In this document: piece after piece, positions 9,896 through 20,221 of the stretch
Layout: every line of letters begins with the position of its first letter
Numbering within the stretch: position 1 is the stretch's first letter
IMG/VR virus record: IMGVR_UViG_3300034157_000063
Source of the DNA: a virus
Lineage: Duplodnaviria > Heunggongvirae > Uroviricota > Caudoviricetes
DNA: 64,000 nt
Direction: 5' to 3' (one strand)
Translations under genes and position numbers: made by a program
The notes under the pieces: model-generated
Seen by the model: the letters and a program-made list of their open reading frames with translations, nothing else
Database searches by the model: none
Told to the model about the DNA's origin: nothing

Positions 9896-10672
9896 ATGTC
9901 GATGACAGAAGCTGAACGTAAAGACTATATCCAACAAGAAATTTGCTCAGTAGCCACTGCTGGTATTGATATTGAACCCGAAGATAACTATACGCAACAC
10001 AACATTGTCTATTGCTTGAAACATAAATATTTAACATCGAAAGAATACTGGCTCAGTCATACTGATGATATGGCTCATCGTGGTATTCGTATTCATAAAT
10101 CTAAAACCCAACCATGCCCACGTCGAAATTTCGATGATCTTTTTACTTCTGTGAATAAGTTTAATGACTCACAAGCTCGCTATATTGCAAAGACAGTGGC
10201 TTACTTGATTGAATGTATTACACCATCAGAACAAGACATTGCTGATACTATTCTGGCTCATTATGCAGGGCAGCATAAACAATATTGTTTTAATTATTAT
10301 ACATCAGTCTCGCATCTAGAATCTTTTTATGTCATTGACGACTATGTTAAGTTTCCAGATGAGGGCTTGTGTGAGCATATGAAAATTCACTTCAACTCTT
10401 ATCGTGATGACTTTCACATTCATCGAAACATTCATTTCTATGTGATTGGGACAGACTTAATTTGCTCAGCCAGTATGAAAGGCACTAATTATGTGGTGGT
10501 TGATCGTAATCAAGACCATAGGGTGTTGGCCTGTAAGATTCTTGAATCCATACTTGAACCTTTGCTTAAAGGATTGGATTATAATCATGAAGATATTACG
10601 CCAGCTAATGTTAAAGAGTTCTTCAGTAAAATTGTTGAATTTAAACAATTGACTGAAATGGTTGATATTTGA
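9896..10672 (+). CDS. hypothetical protein, tail family
   Basis: GAGG RBS; ends FKQLTEMVDI. Confidence 0.8.
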   Translation: MSMTEAERKDYIQQEICSVATAGIDIEPEDNYTQHNIVYCLKHKYLTSKEYWLSHTDDMAHRGIRIHKSKTQPCPRRNFDDLFTSVNKFNDSQARYIAKTVAYLIECITPSEQDIADTILAHYAGQHKQYCFNYYTSVSHLESFYVIDDYVKFPDEGLCEHMKIHFNSYRDDFHIHRNIHFYVIGTDLICSASMKGTNYVVVDRNQDHRVLACKILESILEPLLKGLDYNHEDITPANVKEFFSKIVEFKQLTEMVDI

Positions 10673-10716
10673 TCATGAATATCAAGCCATTCAGTAAAAA
10701 GAATAGGATGTTTTAA

Positions 10717-11562
10717 ATGCATTTAAATGAAAAATCAAAATTAGATGATGTTTTAAAGGTTCTCAAAAATGACCTCGGCGGGGATGATGTCGATGATGGT
10801 TATATCTATTCACAAGCTTTATTAAAAAAGCTAACTTACGCTAATGAGCCATTAGAAATCAGATTTATTGATATTACAGGACTTGGGTTTTATTCACTGA
10901 CAATGGCTGGTGCAAGTGTTGAGAATATGTTTAGTGGTTTGATGGCATTACATTGTAATTATAGTATTAATTTTGACTACTTTAATAAGGTAATGCGGGC
11001 TATCTCTGATGTGGCTTCTAAGGCTTACGTTATCAAGAAACCTTTTAAAGAAATCAATTTAACGGGATTGAATTGGCAAGACGCTTACATTCGTTATACC
11101 CGAACTGACAATCAATCTCATCGTCACTCTTTTAATATTAATGGTGCTCATACCATTTTTAACAATAATAAAGTTTCTTATGACGTTGAACCTAGCTTGA
11201 TGTACGAATCCAGTACGTTCAATGGTTGTATCGGTTATTTTGATGCTGGTAATCGAGACAATTCGTGCTCTGGTTTTGTTATGAGAATGCAGTGTTCTTG
11301 TCGATCTCTTACTGACCACTCTTTTGCCAACTATTCATTTTTTGTTTCATTAGATGAAAATAATCCATTTATTTTAATGGAAGATGGAAAGATTGTAACA
11401 GAAGAACGTTTTAAATTTTACGTTGAACAACACTTATATAAGTTTCTTTATAGAACTTTTATTTCGACGGGTGTTGGGACAGATACTATCAATGAATTGA
11501 AAGCATTCACCAAAACTGAAATGCAAGACATTGTTAAAATACATGAGATGGTAAAAATGTAG
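10717..11562 (+). CDS. hypothetical protein, tail family
   Basis: Ends IVKIHEMVKM (TAG). Confidence 0.8.
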   Translation: MHLNEKSKLDDVLKVLKNDLGGDDVDDGYIYSQALLKKLTYANEPLEIRFIDITGLGFYSLTMAGASVENMFSGLMALHCNYSINFDYFNKVMRAISDVASKAYVIKKPFKEINLTGLNWQDAYIRYTRTDNQSHRHSFNINGAHTIFNNNKVSYDVEPSLMYESSTFNGCIGYFDAGNRDNSCSGFVMRMQCSCRSLTDHSFANYSFFVSLDENNPFILMEDGKIVTEERFKFYVEQHLYKFLYRTFISTGVGTDTINELKAFTKTEMQDIVKIHEMVKM

Positions 11563-11570
11563 CAGGCACA

Positions 11571-11600
11571 AAAAAAGGACTCGAAAGTCCTTTTTTTTTT
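11571..11600. terminator. bidirectional terminator
   Basis: A-tract GGACT-CGAA-AGTCC T-tract between convergent genes. Confidence 0.85.
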
Positions 11601-11605
11601 CTTTG

Positions 11606-11947
11606 TTATTGGTTGATTTCATTTCGTTCCAAGAGTGTCCAAAAAGTTGTCTCACCGACTTTAACTTCACGGACAAGCCAATCTTCAGAACCAATAGCAT
11701 TCTTTGTCCAATATTCTTTAACATTGACTTTATCAGTCAGTGATAGACGCAGTGTAGTATAAGGTTCTTTCATGATGCTATTGGTATACCAAGGCGTTTT
11801 GTATTGAGCCGAAGTGATCTCTTGAAACGATATAAAGTCCTTAATGGCTATAATAGACGTAAAGATCAATAGGGCTACACCGATAAGAGTAAGTGTATTT
11901 TTAAATTCAGTTTTAAAACTCATAGCAACACTTTCATTCGCAGTCAT
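11606..11947 (-). CDS. small membrane-anchored protein
   Basis: GGAG RBS; one TM segment. Confidence 0.7.
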   Translation of the reverse strand: MTANESVAMSFKTEFKNTLTLIGVALLIFTSIIAIKDFISFQEITSAQYKTPWYTNSIMKEPYTTLRLSLTDKVNVKEYWTKNAIGSEDWLVREVKVGETTFWTLLERNEINQ

Positions 11948-12105
11948 AAAAAAATCTCCATGTCATTTAATTAACATTATTATATCAAAAAATCAGTCTA
12001 TAATCAATCATTACATGGCTTTAAATGGTCTTTTTTATTTCTATTTTTCATTGACTAAATGTTGAAAATTTGCTATCATTTATTAATATTTATAGGAGTT
12101 ATACA

Positions 12106-13683
12106 ATGTCCAATATTTCAACCGAAGAGTGTAAAGATTTCCTTATCTCAAAATTTCCACACAGTAAACGTGCTCTTTGGAAACGTGAACGAAAATATAA
12201 AAATGACGCGGGTGATTGGTGTCGTGATTTTAGCAACCCCGATGTCGGTAATGTTTCACTGGTTGAAGTTAATGGCGTATTAGGCTTCTTTAAAAAGGCG
12301 GCAGCAACTACGTCCACCAGCACAACACAAACACAACAGTCAGCACCTGCACCTAAAATTGAATTAGGCACCCATGATATCTTTGTCAAAACATTTAGTA
12401 AAGATGACGTTGAACTGGCTAGTGATCTGGTTGATCATTTTGTCAGCACTTATAATGAACCTCGTTCGACGGCGAAAGGTTTCTTTGCAATACCTTCACA
12501 ATTTACTTATTCCTTCACTGATATGGAGAATGATGAATCAGGCCGTATGTCCAGAGCTAATCGTAATTTGGATATCAATGCGAAGTTTGAAACATTTAGT
12601 CTCTATTTAACGCCAATTGAGCATGATGATTACGATCAACATTTGCAACCACTATTGCAACAATTTTTCCCACGTAACTCTGGTGAAGAAATGGAATGTG
12701 TGTTTGGTTTTTATTATGACAACCCTATATCCATTAAAGATTTCGTGATCATGATGGCGAAACAAGGGTTTAAATATGAATTTGACCGTGATGATCGTTA
12801 TGATGACCGTTGCTTGTTTAAAGACGTAATGAGAACTTTTAATTTTGTTGAAGGTCAGACGATTGAAGAAGCTTTCAAACCAGTTGTCTCATCGACATCA
12901 ACTCAGTCAACAAAGGAGCAAGATAGTGTTTCGGTAGCCAAACCGAAGTTGGTAACGACAATTGATTTGTTCTGTAACATTGTTAAAGATGACAATGCGG
13001 TTGCTCTGGAAGAAGCTATTGCTGATGGGCTTGATTTGTGTTTTATGATTAACCGTATTTCAATGCACTCTTATTGCTTGAATAATGATTTACATGAATG
13101 CTTTAAAGTGTTGGTTCAACATACTCCTAATTTGGCTGTTGGTCACAATGGAGAGGCGAATACTGTATGGCGTGATGCTATTTTGTTTAATGATGAGAGT
13201 TCATTCAATTACATTCAATACCTTCTTGAACATGCAAACTATGACTTCACAAAAGAAAGTTACCTTGCAAACGCAGCATGTGTCTATTTCCTTCATTCAG
13301 TTGATAAGCTTGAAGAGAAATTTGATAAACTTAATGAAATGTATGCAGCCTGTATTTGTTATGCTAACGCTATTTCAAATGAAGATTTCTATAACAGTGA
13401 TTTTGTCAAAACACAAGTGAGAAAAGCGTTATTTGATTATGCTGACTTCTCTAATGCTGATATGAACGTTGCGATTGCACTGACGAATGATGTTATTATT
13501 TCAGAAGTCTTAGATGTCATGATTGAGAAAGGTGATGTCTGTATTGCTGGTAAGACGCTTCGTGTCTACTTGACAATGGTTGTTGACCGCTTCAAACATG
13601 GTTTCTGGGGTTATGATGAAATCGAACGTAAAGACAATATTGTTTATTATGAAAATGCATTGAAAAAAATTGCGGGACTTTAA
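12106..13683 (+). CDS. multidomain hypothetical protein, possible ankyrin-like C-terminal half
   Basis: AGGAG RBS; S/T-rich linkers; helical repeat-like segment. Confidence 0.65.
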   Translation: MSNISTEECKDFLISKFPHSKRALWKRERKYKNDAGDWCRDFSNPDVGNVSLVEVNGVLGFFKKAAATTSTSTTQTQQSAPAPKIELGTHDIFVKTFSKDDVELASDLVDHFVSTYNEPRSTAKGFFAIPSQFTYSFTDMENDESGRMSRANRNLDINAKFETFSLYLTPIEHDDYDQHLQPLLQQFFPRNSGEEMECVFGFYYDNPISIKDFVIMMAKQGFKYEFDRDDRYDDRCLFKDVMRTFNFVEGQTIEEAFKPVVSSTSTQSTKEQDSVSVAKPKLVTTIDLFCNIVKDDNAVALEEAIADGLDLCFMINRISMHSYCLNNDLHECFKVLVQHTPNLAVGHNGEANTVWRDAILFNDESSFNYIQYLLEHANYDFTKESYLANAACVYFLHSVDKLEEKFDKLNEMYAACICYANAISNEDFYNSDFVKTQVRKALFDYADFSNADMNVAIALTNDVIISEVLDVMIEKGDVCIAGKTLRVYLTMVVDRFKHGFWGYDEIERKDNIVYYENALKKIAGL

Positions 13684-13693
13684 CTATTACATT

Positions 13694-13713
13694 AACCCAC
13701 TTCGGTGGGTTTT
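13694..13713 (+). terminator. intrinsic terminator
   Basis: ACCCAC-TTCG-GTGGGT + T. Confidence 0.85.
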
Positions 13714-13842
13714 ATATTAAAAAAATGGAGTATAGAAATGACTGTCATTTGAAAATGCAGTTATTTCATAAACAACTTATCGTTGATTGTGGTATTAAAA
13801 TATGCTATAATTAACCAAATTTTAACCCTTTAAGGTAAATAA

Positions 13843-14745
13843 ATGACTCATTTAAAAGAATTGTACCCAACCATTGACCCCAAGTATCAGATTGTTTATA
13901 AAAATGAACGTTCATTATTGGGTAAATCAGAAGATCTGCACTATTTGATTAATAAAGCTGATAATGCCGTTGTTGTGATGGACAGCAATAAACATCCTAA
14001 CCATATGGGGATTTTTGTTTTCAGAGATAATCTCTTGGTTAACAGTTTTAATGTGAAGCACCTTTTTATTAGTCAGCATACTAGCTATACCCCAGAAGGC
14101 ATTGAACAAGAGCGTTGGAAAATGTATGTTGAATTTCTCGAACCTTATTATTCAAATGATTGTGCTATCCAGTTAGGCACTGTTATTAATGATCAAGTGA
14201 ATCATTTTATGAAAAGCGTAGCATATTATAAAGTGCATATTAATTTTGTCCAAGAACATGGTCAACAAGTTTTAAATAATATTGAAATTGAAGATAAAGT
14301 CTATAATTTTAAGTATAAAGCCATTGTTCGTGATGGACTTGTTTACTTTACAATGATGTTTAACGACGACCCAGACCAAGAAGAATTTGTTAAAGGTAAG
14401 TTTAATCTGCAGGACTATACGCATTATGAGTCAGCCGGTGGTTATGTGATTGATTCTTTTGCAGGTGACTGGTTTATTGCTGAGACACACTATGATCCTT
14501 ATTTGAAGCTTTATCAATACAAAACTGTTCGTTATGAGGATTCAAAAGTACTAAAAGACAGCGACCTACTGAAAGACTATCAGGAGTATGATGTTAACTT
14601 TATTTTCAATTTTATCTATGATAGTGTGATTATTCATCATCCAAAACACAGTTTTATTGAAAAGCTAGTTGAATTGTCTATTTTGAGTGATGGTGAAAAA
14701 TTGACCCATGAACACATGAATATTTATGCTATGGCAACCATTTAG
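13843..14745 (+). CDS. hypothetical protein, tail family
   Basis: TGCTATAAT at 13803; ends MNIYAMATI. Confidence 0.8.
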   Translation: MTHLKELYPTIDPKYQIVYKNERSLLGKSEDLHYLINKADNAVVVMDSNKHPNHMGIFVFRDNLLVNSFNVKHLFISQHTSYTPEGIEQERWKMYVEFLEPYYSNDCAIQLGTVINDQVNHFMKSVAYYKVHINFVQEHGQQVLNNIEIEDKVYNFKYKAIVRDGLVYFTMMFNDDPDQEEFVKGKFNLQDYTHYESAGGYVIDSFAGDWFIAETHYDPYLKLYQYKTVRYEDSKVLKDSDLLKDYQEYDVNFIFNFIYDSVIIHHPKHSFIEKLVELSILSDGEKLTHEHMNIYAMATI

Positions 14746-14796
14746 GTTGCTTTTTTACACAAATTTTAGGTATAAAAAAAGCCACATCTCTGTGGC

Positions 14797-15408
14797 TTAT
14801 TTGTATTGTGTGTTACGGTGTCTTTTCCAATTTCTGATACGCCAGTCGCTTCTTCCTTCGTCATCCCATGCAGTAGTGATAACACCTTTTGGTCTGCGAT
14901 TTTTGACGTTGAATTCAATTTCATCTTCATCAACTTCGCTGGTAGCATCTTTAAGCAAGGAAAGCGTTTGTGGTTTTCTGCGATAGCGGTAACGTCCGCG
15001 TTTCCCAGTATGAGGCACAGCACCTTCACCATTCCAAAACTGTTTACCGTAACCGATGTAAGTTTTTTCTTTCTTTTCTTTGAAAACAAACTCAGCAAAG
15101 TCAAGCACAGAAAGCTGTTCGTTGTATTCATTTTTGAGGATGAAATCACCGTATACTTTCATTTCGCCATAACGGTTAAGCTTTTTGTAAAGCTCACCGT
15201 AAGTTTGTCCCAATCCTTCGTGTTTCTTTTTGGCAAAGCGACGGTTGGCATAACCATCCCAAATTTTGTCACGATCAGGGGACGCAAGTTCCACTGCTAA
15301 CGAGTAGACAATGAAGTTGTATCCCAACTTGTTAAATGCTTCTGCCTTATTTTGGTAGGTATTAACGATACCTTCCTTGTTGATAAGGTAAATAACTTCT
15401 GTTTTCAT
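14797..15408 (-). CDS. basic protein with WDD..RNWK..R..QY C-terminus (related to 30886..31470)
   Basis: AGGAG RBS; Arg/Lys-rich C-terminal half. Confidence 0.8.
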   Translation of the reverse strand: MKTEVIYLINKEGIVNTYQNKAEAFNKLGYNFIVYSLAVELASPDRDKIWDGYANRRFAKKKHEGLGQTYGELYKKLNRYGEMKVYGDFILKNEYNEQLSVLDFAEFVFKEKKEKTYIGYGKQFWNGEGAVPHTGKRGRYRYRRKPQTLSLLKDATSEVDEDEIEFNVKNRRPKGVITTAWDDEGRSDWRIRNWKRHRNTQYK

Positions 15409-15429
15409 AAAGACTCCTATTAAGTTTCC

Positions 15430-15474
15430 TTAATATTTGTCTACGATCACCTTTAATTCGTATTTGAAAAACAT
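15430..15474 (-). CDS. uORF/leader peptide MFFKYELKVIVDKY
   Basis: GAGG RBS; 3' end overlaps the hairpin masking the downstream SD. Confidence 0.7.
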   Translation of the reverse strand: MFFKYELKVIVDKY

Positions 15475-15595
15475 AATGTGCTTCCTCTTTAATATGTTGC
15501 CATTATAACTGTTTTGATGATAACAATCAAGCGTTTTCTTTACATAATATTTTTTTTTGGTATGATGTAAAAATTATATAAATTGGAGCCTTTAC

Positions 15596-16177
15596 ATGCA
15601 CGCTACATCTTTAATTCGTCAAAGTATATTGTTATGCTTTGCAGCCGGACTGTCATTCACTGCTATGGCAGATACCCCATCTGATAATTTTAAGCCTGCT
15701 TACAATGTCCAAGGACTTGATACACAATTCATTGATATTCCCCCAGAGAAAAAAGTTACATCCATTGATATGAACCTTCTGGGTCTAAAGGATACTGTTG
15801 TTTCTTTTAGAGAACGTCATCAAGAAGATTTGTTTGAGGTTTTGTGTATCACTAAAAAGCCATTTTTCGGCAAGGCTCATCATAGTCTGGTGTGTGTTAA
15901 CGAATTGAAAGAACTGGGTGAAAAACACACCTTTGATGGTCAAAATTTTGGTAATTTCATGGATGAGCCGACTGTCATTAACGTTGAGCCGGGATTTAAA
16001 GTGACTAAAATTAACTTTGATGTGGATATTGGCAGTGAACCTACGTTTGAAGTCGATAGAATGTTAGACAGTGATTTCCCAGAAGTTTACACGTTGGTCA
16101 GAATTGACCCACAAACTAATGCATGGAATGGCAGTCGTCAATTCGTTGTTAAAGAAGGTGCTAATCCAAAAGAGTAA
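15596..16177 (+). CDS. exported hypothetical protein
   Basis: Signal peptide ending AMA; GGAG RBS. Confidence 0.75.
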   Translation: MHATSLIRQSILLCFAAGLSFTAMADTPSDNFKPAYNVQGLDTQFIDIPPEKKVTSIDMNLLGLKDTVVSFRERHQEDLFEVLCITKKPFFGKAHHSLVCVNELKELGEKHTFDGQNFGNFMDEPTVINVEPGFKVTKINFDVDIGSEPTFEVDRMLDSDFPEVYTLVRIDPQTNAWNGSRQFVVKEGANPKE

Positions 16178-16232
16178 TGTTGATAATTAAGTAGTTGTAT
16201 GCTATAATCTTTCAACTTTTGCGAGGTTAACT

Positions 16233-17105
16233 ATGCAACTACACGATTACTACAAAAAATATGGACAATCTTTCCTGACTGCGGATGAATTCCTTACGCA
16301 CTGGGGCGAATCTGTTCAATTTAAATTAATGGACAATCGTGTCTGTGCCAGTCCACTTTACATTCGCAAGCTTGTCACTGACAAATTAAACTCTTTGTTT
16401 AAAATTGATTCAGTATCTGATGAAATTCATCACAAGATGATGACTGCTTATTTCGAAGCTTTGATTGAATTCAATATTATTCCTTTGGAGACTGAGTTTA
16501 AAGATAACTTACACTTTGATTCAGATAAAGTTCGTATTTTCCAGAAAGGATTCCTTAATTTCCGTAGACCAAAAACTTTAGCCTTTCCACATGAGTTTGA
16601 GACTCAACACTTGGTTGATCGGGTTATTTTTAATAATGCCATTTTCATTGATGATAAAAGTCAATACAACTTTTACACCATTATGTCTAATTACGGTAAT
16701 GGTAATGTTGATAATGAGTTCATGAAATTCTCTTATTACATTATTGATGGTGTTTTTCATTTTCAAGCCCCTAAATCAGCAGATAAAATGCAAGTGATTG
16801 TTTCTATGCCTGTTGATGAAATAAATGACCATTATGACCACTTCAAGCAGTTAATAAAGAAAAAATTGTTTACCACCTTTTATGAAAACATCAGTAAAAT
16901 TGTTTTCAGACGAGTGTTAGACTTTGACACCTTTAATTCGAAACATTTAGCGGTTTTAATTATGTTGGGTGGTCAACCTATTCGAGAGTTGATGTCGTTT
17001 ATGGAAGAAAATGAGTACTTGAATGATATATTCTCGTTAAACGATGATGAGATCTATGAACTTTACAAAGTTTCTTTAACCACTTTTGAGATGATAAAAA
17101 TATGA
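16233..17105 (+). CDS. hypothetical protein, tail family
   Basis: TGCTATAAT at 16200; ends LTTFEMIKI. Confidence 0.8.
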   Translation: MQLHDYYKKYGQSFLTADEFLTHWGESVQFKLMDNRVCASPLYIRKLVTDKLNSLFKIDSVSDEIHHKMMTAYFEALIEFNIIPLETEFKDNLHFDSDKVRIFQKGFLNFRRPKTLAFPHEFETQHLVDRVIFNNAIFIDDKSQYNFYTIMSNYGNGNVDNEFMKFSYYIIDGVFHFQAPKSADKMQVIVSMPVDEINDHYDHFKQLIKKKLFTTFYENISKIVFRRVLDFDTFNSKHLAVLIMLGGQPIRELMSFMEENEYLNDIFSLNDDEIYELYKVSLTTFEMIKI

Positions 17106-17848
17106 CTACAATCACGTCGAGTGCCAAACATAAACTTGAACATGATATTTTGGCGGAATTTCCTGAATTTGCTAAGAAGATTGGCTTGAATGGTTATTCT
17201 TATATGAAGTTGAATGAAGATAAGGATATGTTTCATATGAATGACAAAGATAAAACTTATTTGTTCACACCTTCGTATAAACTTGATGAAGGCTTTGGTG
17301 ATTTTGATGCCGGTCATCCTGTTGAATTTAAAATGGTAGCCACTCTGTTTAAAGACGACACATTGAAAATTAATAATATAGATTTCGAATTCCATGATAA
17401 TGATGACCATCTATTAAAACAATTAGTTCATTTGCATGACCTCACCAATTATTTAGCTAATTTTAAAGAATTGTCATCTTTTATTTTGGCTCGTTCTGAT
17501 ATTGTTGAGCACTTGGCACCCACATTGAAATTTAATTTTGAGGGTGTCTTGATTGAGCTTGGGGGCGTTTTTAAATATTCTGAAAGTTATCTGCATGGAC
17601 CTTCATCCGCAAGAAGCAGTAATCGTTATTATACCAATTCATTAAGTCTTTATAATGAGGATTATAATAGATTCTATAAGATTACGAACCCACAAGAAGC
17701 CCTGATATTTGCTAAAATGTCTTTTTTAAGTATTCATGATGAAAATATTCAAGAGTTATTTGACACAGAAGACTGGGAAGATTTGTATAATAAATTTAAA
17801 GACAATCCAGAAGCATTTTTAAGTTTATATGACATGACAAAAATTTAA
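17102..17848 (+). CDS. hypothetical protein, tail family
   Basis: ATGA overlap with upstream gene; ends LSLYDMTKI. Confidence 0.8.
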   Translation: MTTITSSAKHKLEHDILAEFPEFAKKIGLNGYSYMKLNEDKDMFHMNDKDKTYLFTPSYKLDEGFGDFDAGHPVEFKMVATLFKDDTLKINNIDFEFHDNDDHLLKQLVHLHDLTNYLANFKELSSFILARSDIVEHLAPTLKFNFEGVLIELGGVFKYSESYLHGPSSARSSNRYYTNSLSLYNEDYNRFYKITNPQEALIFAKMSFLSIHDENIQELFDTEDWEDLYNKFKDNPEAFLSLYDMTKI

Positions 17849-17899
17849 CAATTCTTAATTTTATGCTATAATAAAGCAACTATTTAATGGAGTTTTAAC

Positions 17900-19015
17900 A
17901 TGAAAGATCTTGATTATTCAATTATATTCAAAGCTGCCCATACATTGATGTTTGATGTTGATCCTGTAAAAGCTGAATCTGACGTTCATTATTTGGAAAA
18001 AGAAGAAGTGGCCTTTTTTGATACTTATTTCAAAGCAACTGTCATGACGAAGAAAGTTAATCTTCAAGGTCATCACAGAGGTGTATATGATGGGCTTACT
18101 TTGCAAGAAATTAAAGACACAATGGAATATGATTACCTTGTACAACGTTATTGTGACCAAATCAAATTTTTGATTTCTTATCAACTTTTTGGAGAGATCT
18201 TAAAACATAAAGAAGAACTTAAAAATGATACAGATAACGTTATCCAAGATAAAATCATAACAGCATTCATCAGAACATTTGATGCCTCTTTTTTGAAGGT
18301 TGATCATTATTGTTTTGTTTGTGGTGTTACCACTAAGTCATCATTCAAAAATGGGCTGTTTACTAGCGTTGTTTCAGAAGATAGCCGAATGGGTAAGTTT
18401 GAAGGACATCAGCCTTGTAAACTAACAAAAGGTATTGATGAATACACTTACAAACTCAATATCCCATCAGGAAAAATGTTGTTTGCTAATGACCTTCGTG
18501 AATTATTCCCAGAATTTTCTCGTTTTGAAGCTGATAAGTATATTACTGAAAAATCAGGTTACACCAATAGTATCAATAGTGAGCTAGGTGTAATGTATAC
18601 ACAAGAGTTTTGGAACAATCATGGTATGATTTATGTCCAAGTTGGGAATACTTCTCCACATGTATTTCAAGATTCCATTACAAAAAATATTGAAGTAAAA
18701 TTTGAATCCATTTATACACCACGAGAAGTTGAAGAGGATCTTGATAGTGACGATGATGAAGATCCTGATTATGTAAAAAACTATACAGATACTGAAAAAG
18801 ATTTGGGTTATGTTTGCACCGATCTTTGGGCTGTGTGTGCAATTGATCATGATTTGATGAAAGATCTTTGTAAGAAACATAAGATTGATTTTAAAGAATT
18901 GTCAGGTAGTTGCATTACCGTGAATGTTGAGCCGGGTGAATACAATGTACGTTCATTTAATGCGTCTCATGATTCCAGTAAGAATACATTCTTTTCTGTA
19001 TCAAAGGCCGAATGA
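17900..19015 (+). CDS. hypothetical protein with CxxC and acidic loop
   Basis: GGAG RBS, TGCTATAAT; long ORF. Confidence 0.8.
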   Translation: MKDLDYSIIFKAAHTLMFDVDPVKAESDVHYLEKEEVAFFDTYFKATVMTKKVNLQGHHRGVYDGLTLQEIKDTMEYDYLVQRYCDQIKFLISYQLFGEILKHKEELKNDTDNVIQDKIITAFIRTFDASFLKVDHYCFVCGVTTKSSFKNGLFTSVVSEDSRMGKFEGHQPCKLTKGIDEYTYKLNIPSGKMLFANDLRELFPEFSRFEADKYITEKSGYTNSINSELGVMYTQEFWNNHGMIYVQVGNTSPHVFQDSITKNIEVKFESIYTPREVEEDLDSDDDEDPDYVKNYTDTEKDLGYVCTDLWAVCAIDHDLMKDLCKKHKIDFKELSGSCITVNVEPGEYNVRSFNASHDSSKNTFFSVSKAE

Positions 19016-19767
19016 TGATAAATAAAGTTAAAGACATTGATAAATCAAAGTTAGACCGTATGATTGCTATTGGACTTGAATCCATCAATCATAAAGGTCT
19101 ACTAAAAAGATTGTTTACATTAGATGACGTTACAGTAATGACATCTTATGATGGGGTCAATGTTACTATTGAATTTAAAGACACCAAAACTAATGTGTCT
19201 ATTATAGATTCCGTATATCAAAAAACAGTGGAAACAAAAACTGATCAATTTATTAAGATTGTTGATAGTCCGCTTGCGGCTCAATTTAAATATCATGTTC
19301 TTTTAAATATTGATTTAACTTTATTTATTCATTGTGGAGATGAAAAGTCATTCAAAGATGCGATTGAAAATAAAATTATGTTTTATAATGACGACTTTGA
19401 ACTTTGTTATATTCATGAAGCCTTTCATCTTCATAATTATTTTAAAATTAAATATATGATGTCAGAATTCTATATTGGCTATGATTTTGATAAGGATTAC
19501 AACCCTGTTGGAAAACTGTTTGTAGGCAATCAGCGGGGGCTTTTTAATGGTATTGTTGATAAATACAATTCTAAGTTTAGGACTTATCAACAGGGCTTTA
19601 ATGTTGAAGACGAAAACTTACTCTTAAAACATTATGTGTTAATGGATTCATTAGAAACTTTTGATGAGATATTTACACAGTTTTATGGACCATTACCGAA
19701 ACCATTAGACATAGATTTAGTTCACGATCAACTTAAGTTAGCCAATATGGTTTTATTTAATCAATAG
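19012..19767 (+). CDS. hypothetical protein, variant tail
   Basis: ATGA overlap; ends LKLANMVLFNQ. Confidence 0.75.
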   Translation: MMINKVKDIDKSKLDRMIAIGLESINHKGLLKRLFTLDDVTVMTSYDGVNVTIEFKDTKTNVSIIDSVYQKTVETKTDQFIKIVDSPLAAQFKYHVLLNIDLTLFIHCGDEKSFKDAIENKIMFYNDDFELCYIHEAFHLHNYFKIKYMMSEFYIGYDFDKDYNPVGKLFVGNQRGLFNGIVDKYNSKFRTYQQGFNVEDENLLLKHYVLMDSLETFDEIFTQFYGPLPKPLDIDLVHDQLKLANMVLFNQ

Positions 19768-19801
19768 GTGTGTTATTGTAGTTATCAATAGGAGAATAGC
19801 G

Positions 19802-20164
19802 ATGGAACATAAACAAATATTACAAGAATTTGAAGGTTGTATTGATTCTGTGGATCTTGAAAACAAAACGTTTTGGGCTAAATTATTTGATATCACACAG
19901 CCAAGATACGATATTGAAGAAATGGCTGAATTTGATTTCTCTGTTTTTGACGTGACTGATTATCCTAATATCAAAGAAGGTTATCTTTTTGACTGGGTAA
20001 TTGGTGAGATCGTAGATGAGCATAATATTCCTATTCGTAGCTTTTCAGAATTATCCTTTCAAAAAAGAACTCGAAAAGAACAAGCAGCTTGGCGAAAAAA
20101 CTTTGTTAAATGCAAGAAAGAAGCGAAGAAAATGAGCTTGCGTATACAAAAATTGTTTGATTAA
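19802..20164 (+). CDS. hypothetical protein
   Basis: AGGAG RBS. Confidence 0.75.
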   Translation: MEHKQILQEFEGCIDSVDLENKTFWAKLFDITQPRYDIEEMAEFDFSVFDVTDYPNIKEGYLFDWVIGEIVDEHNIPIRSFSELSFQKRTRKEQAAWRKNFVKCKKEAKKMSLRIQKLFD

Positions 20165-20221
20165 TGTTTTTTGAATAAGTATACCACTTATGCTATAATG
20201 TAAAAAACAGTAGGCAAAAAC

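Noticed and set aside
14726-15300. Overlapping ORFs 14726..14986, 14766..15149, 14806..15300
   Set aside because: Shadows of 14797..15408 with no RBS; the same applies to the other short nested or antisense ORFs in the track
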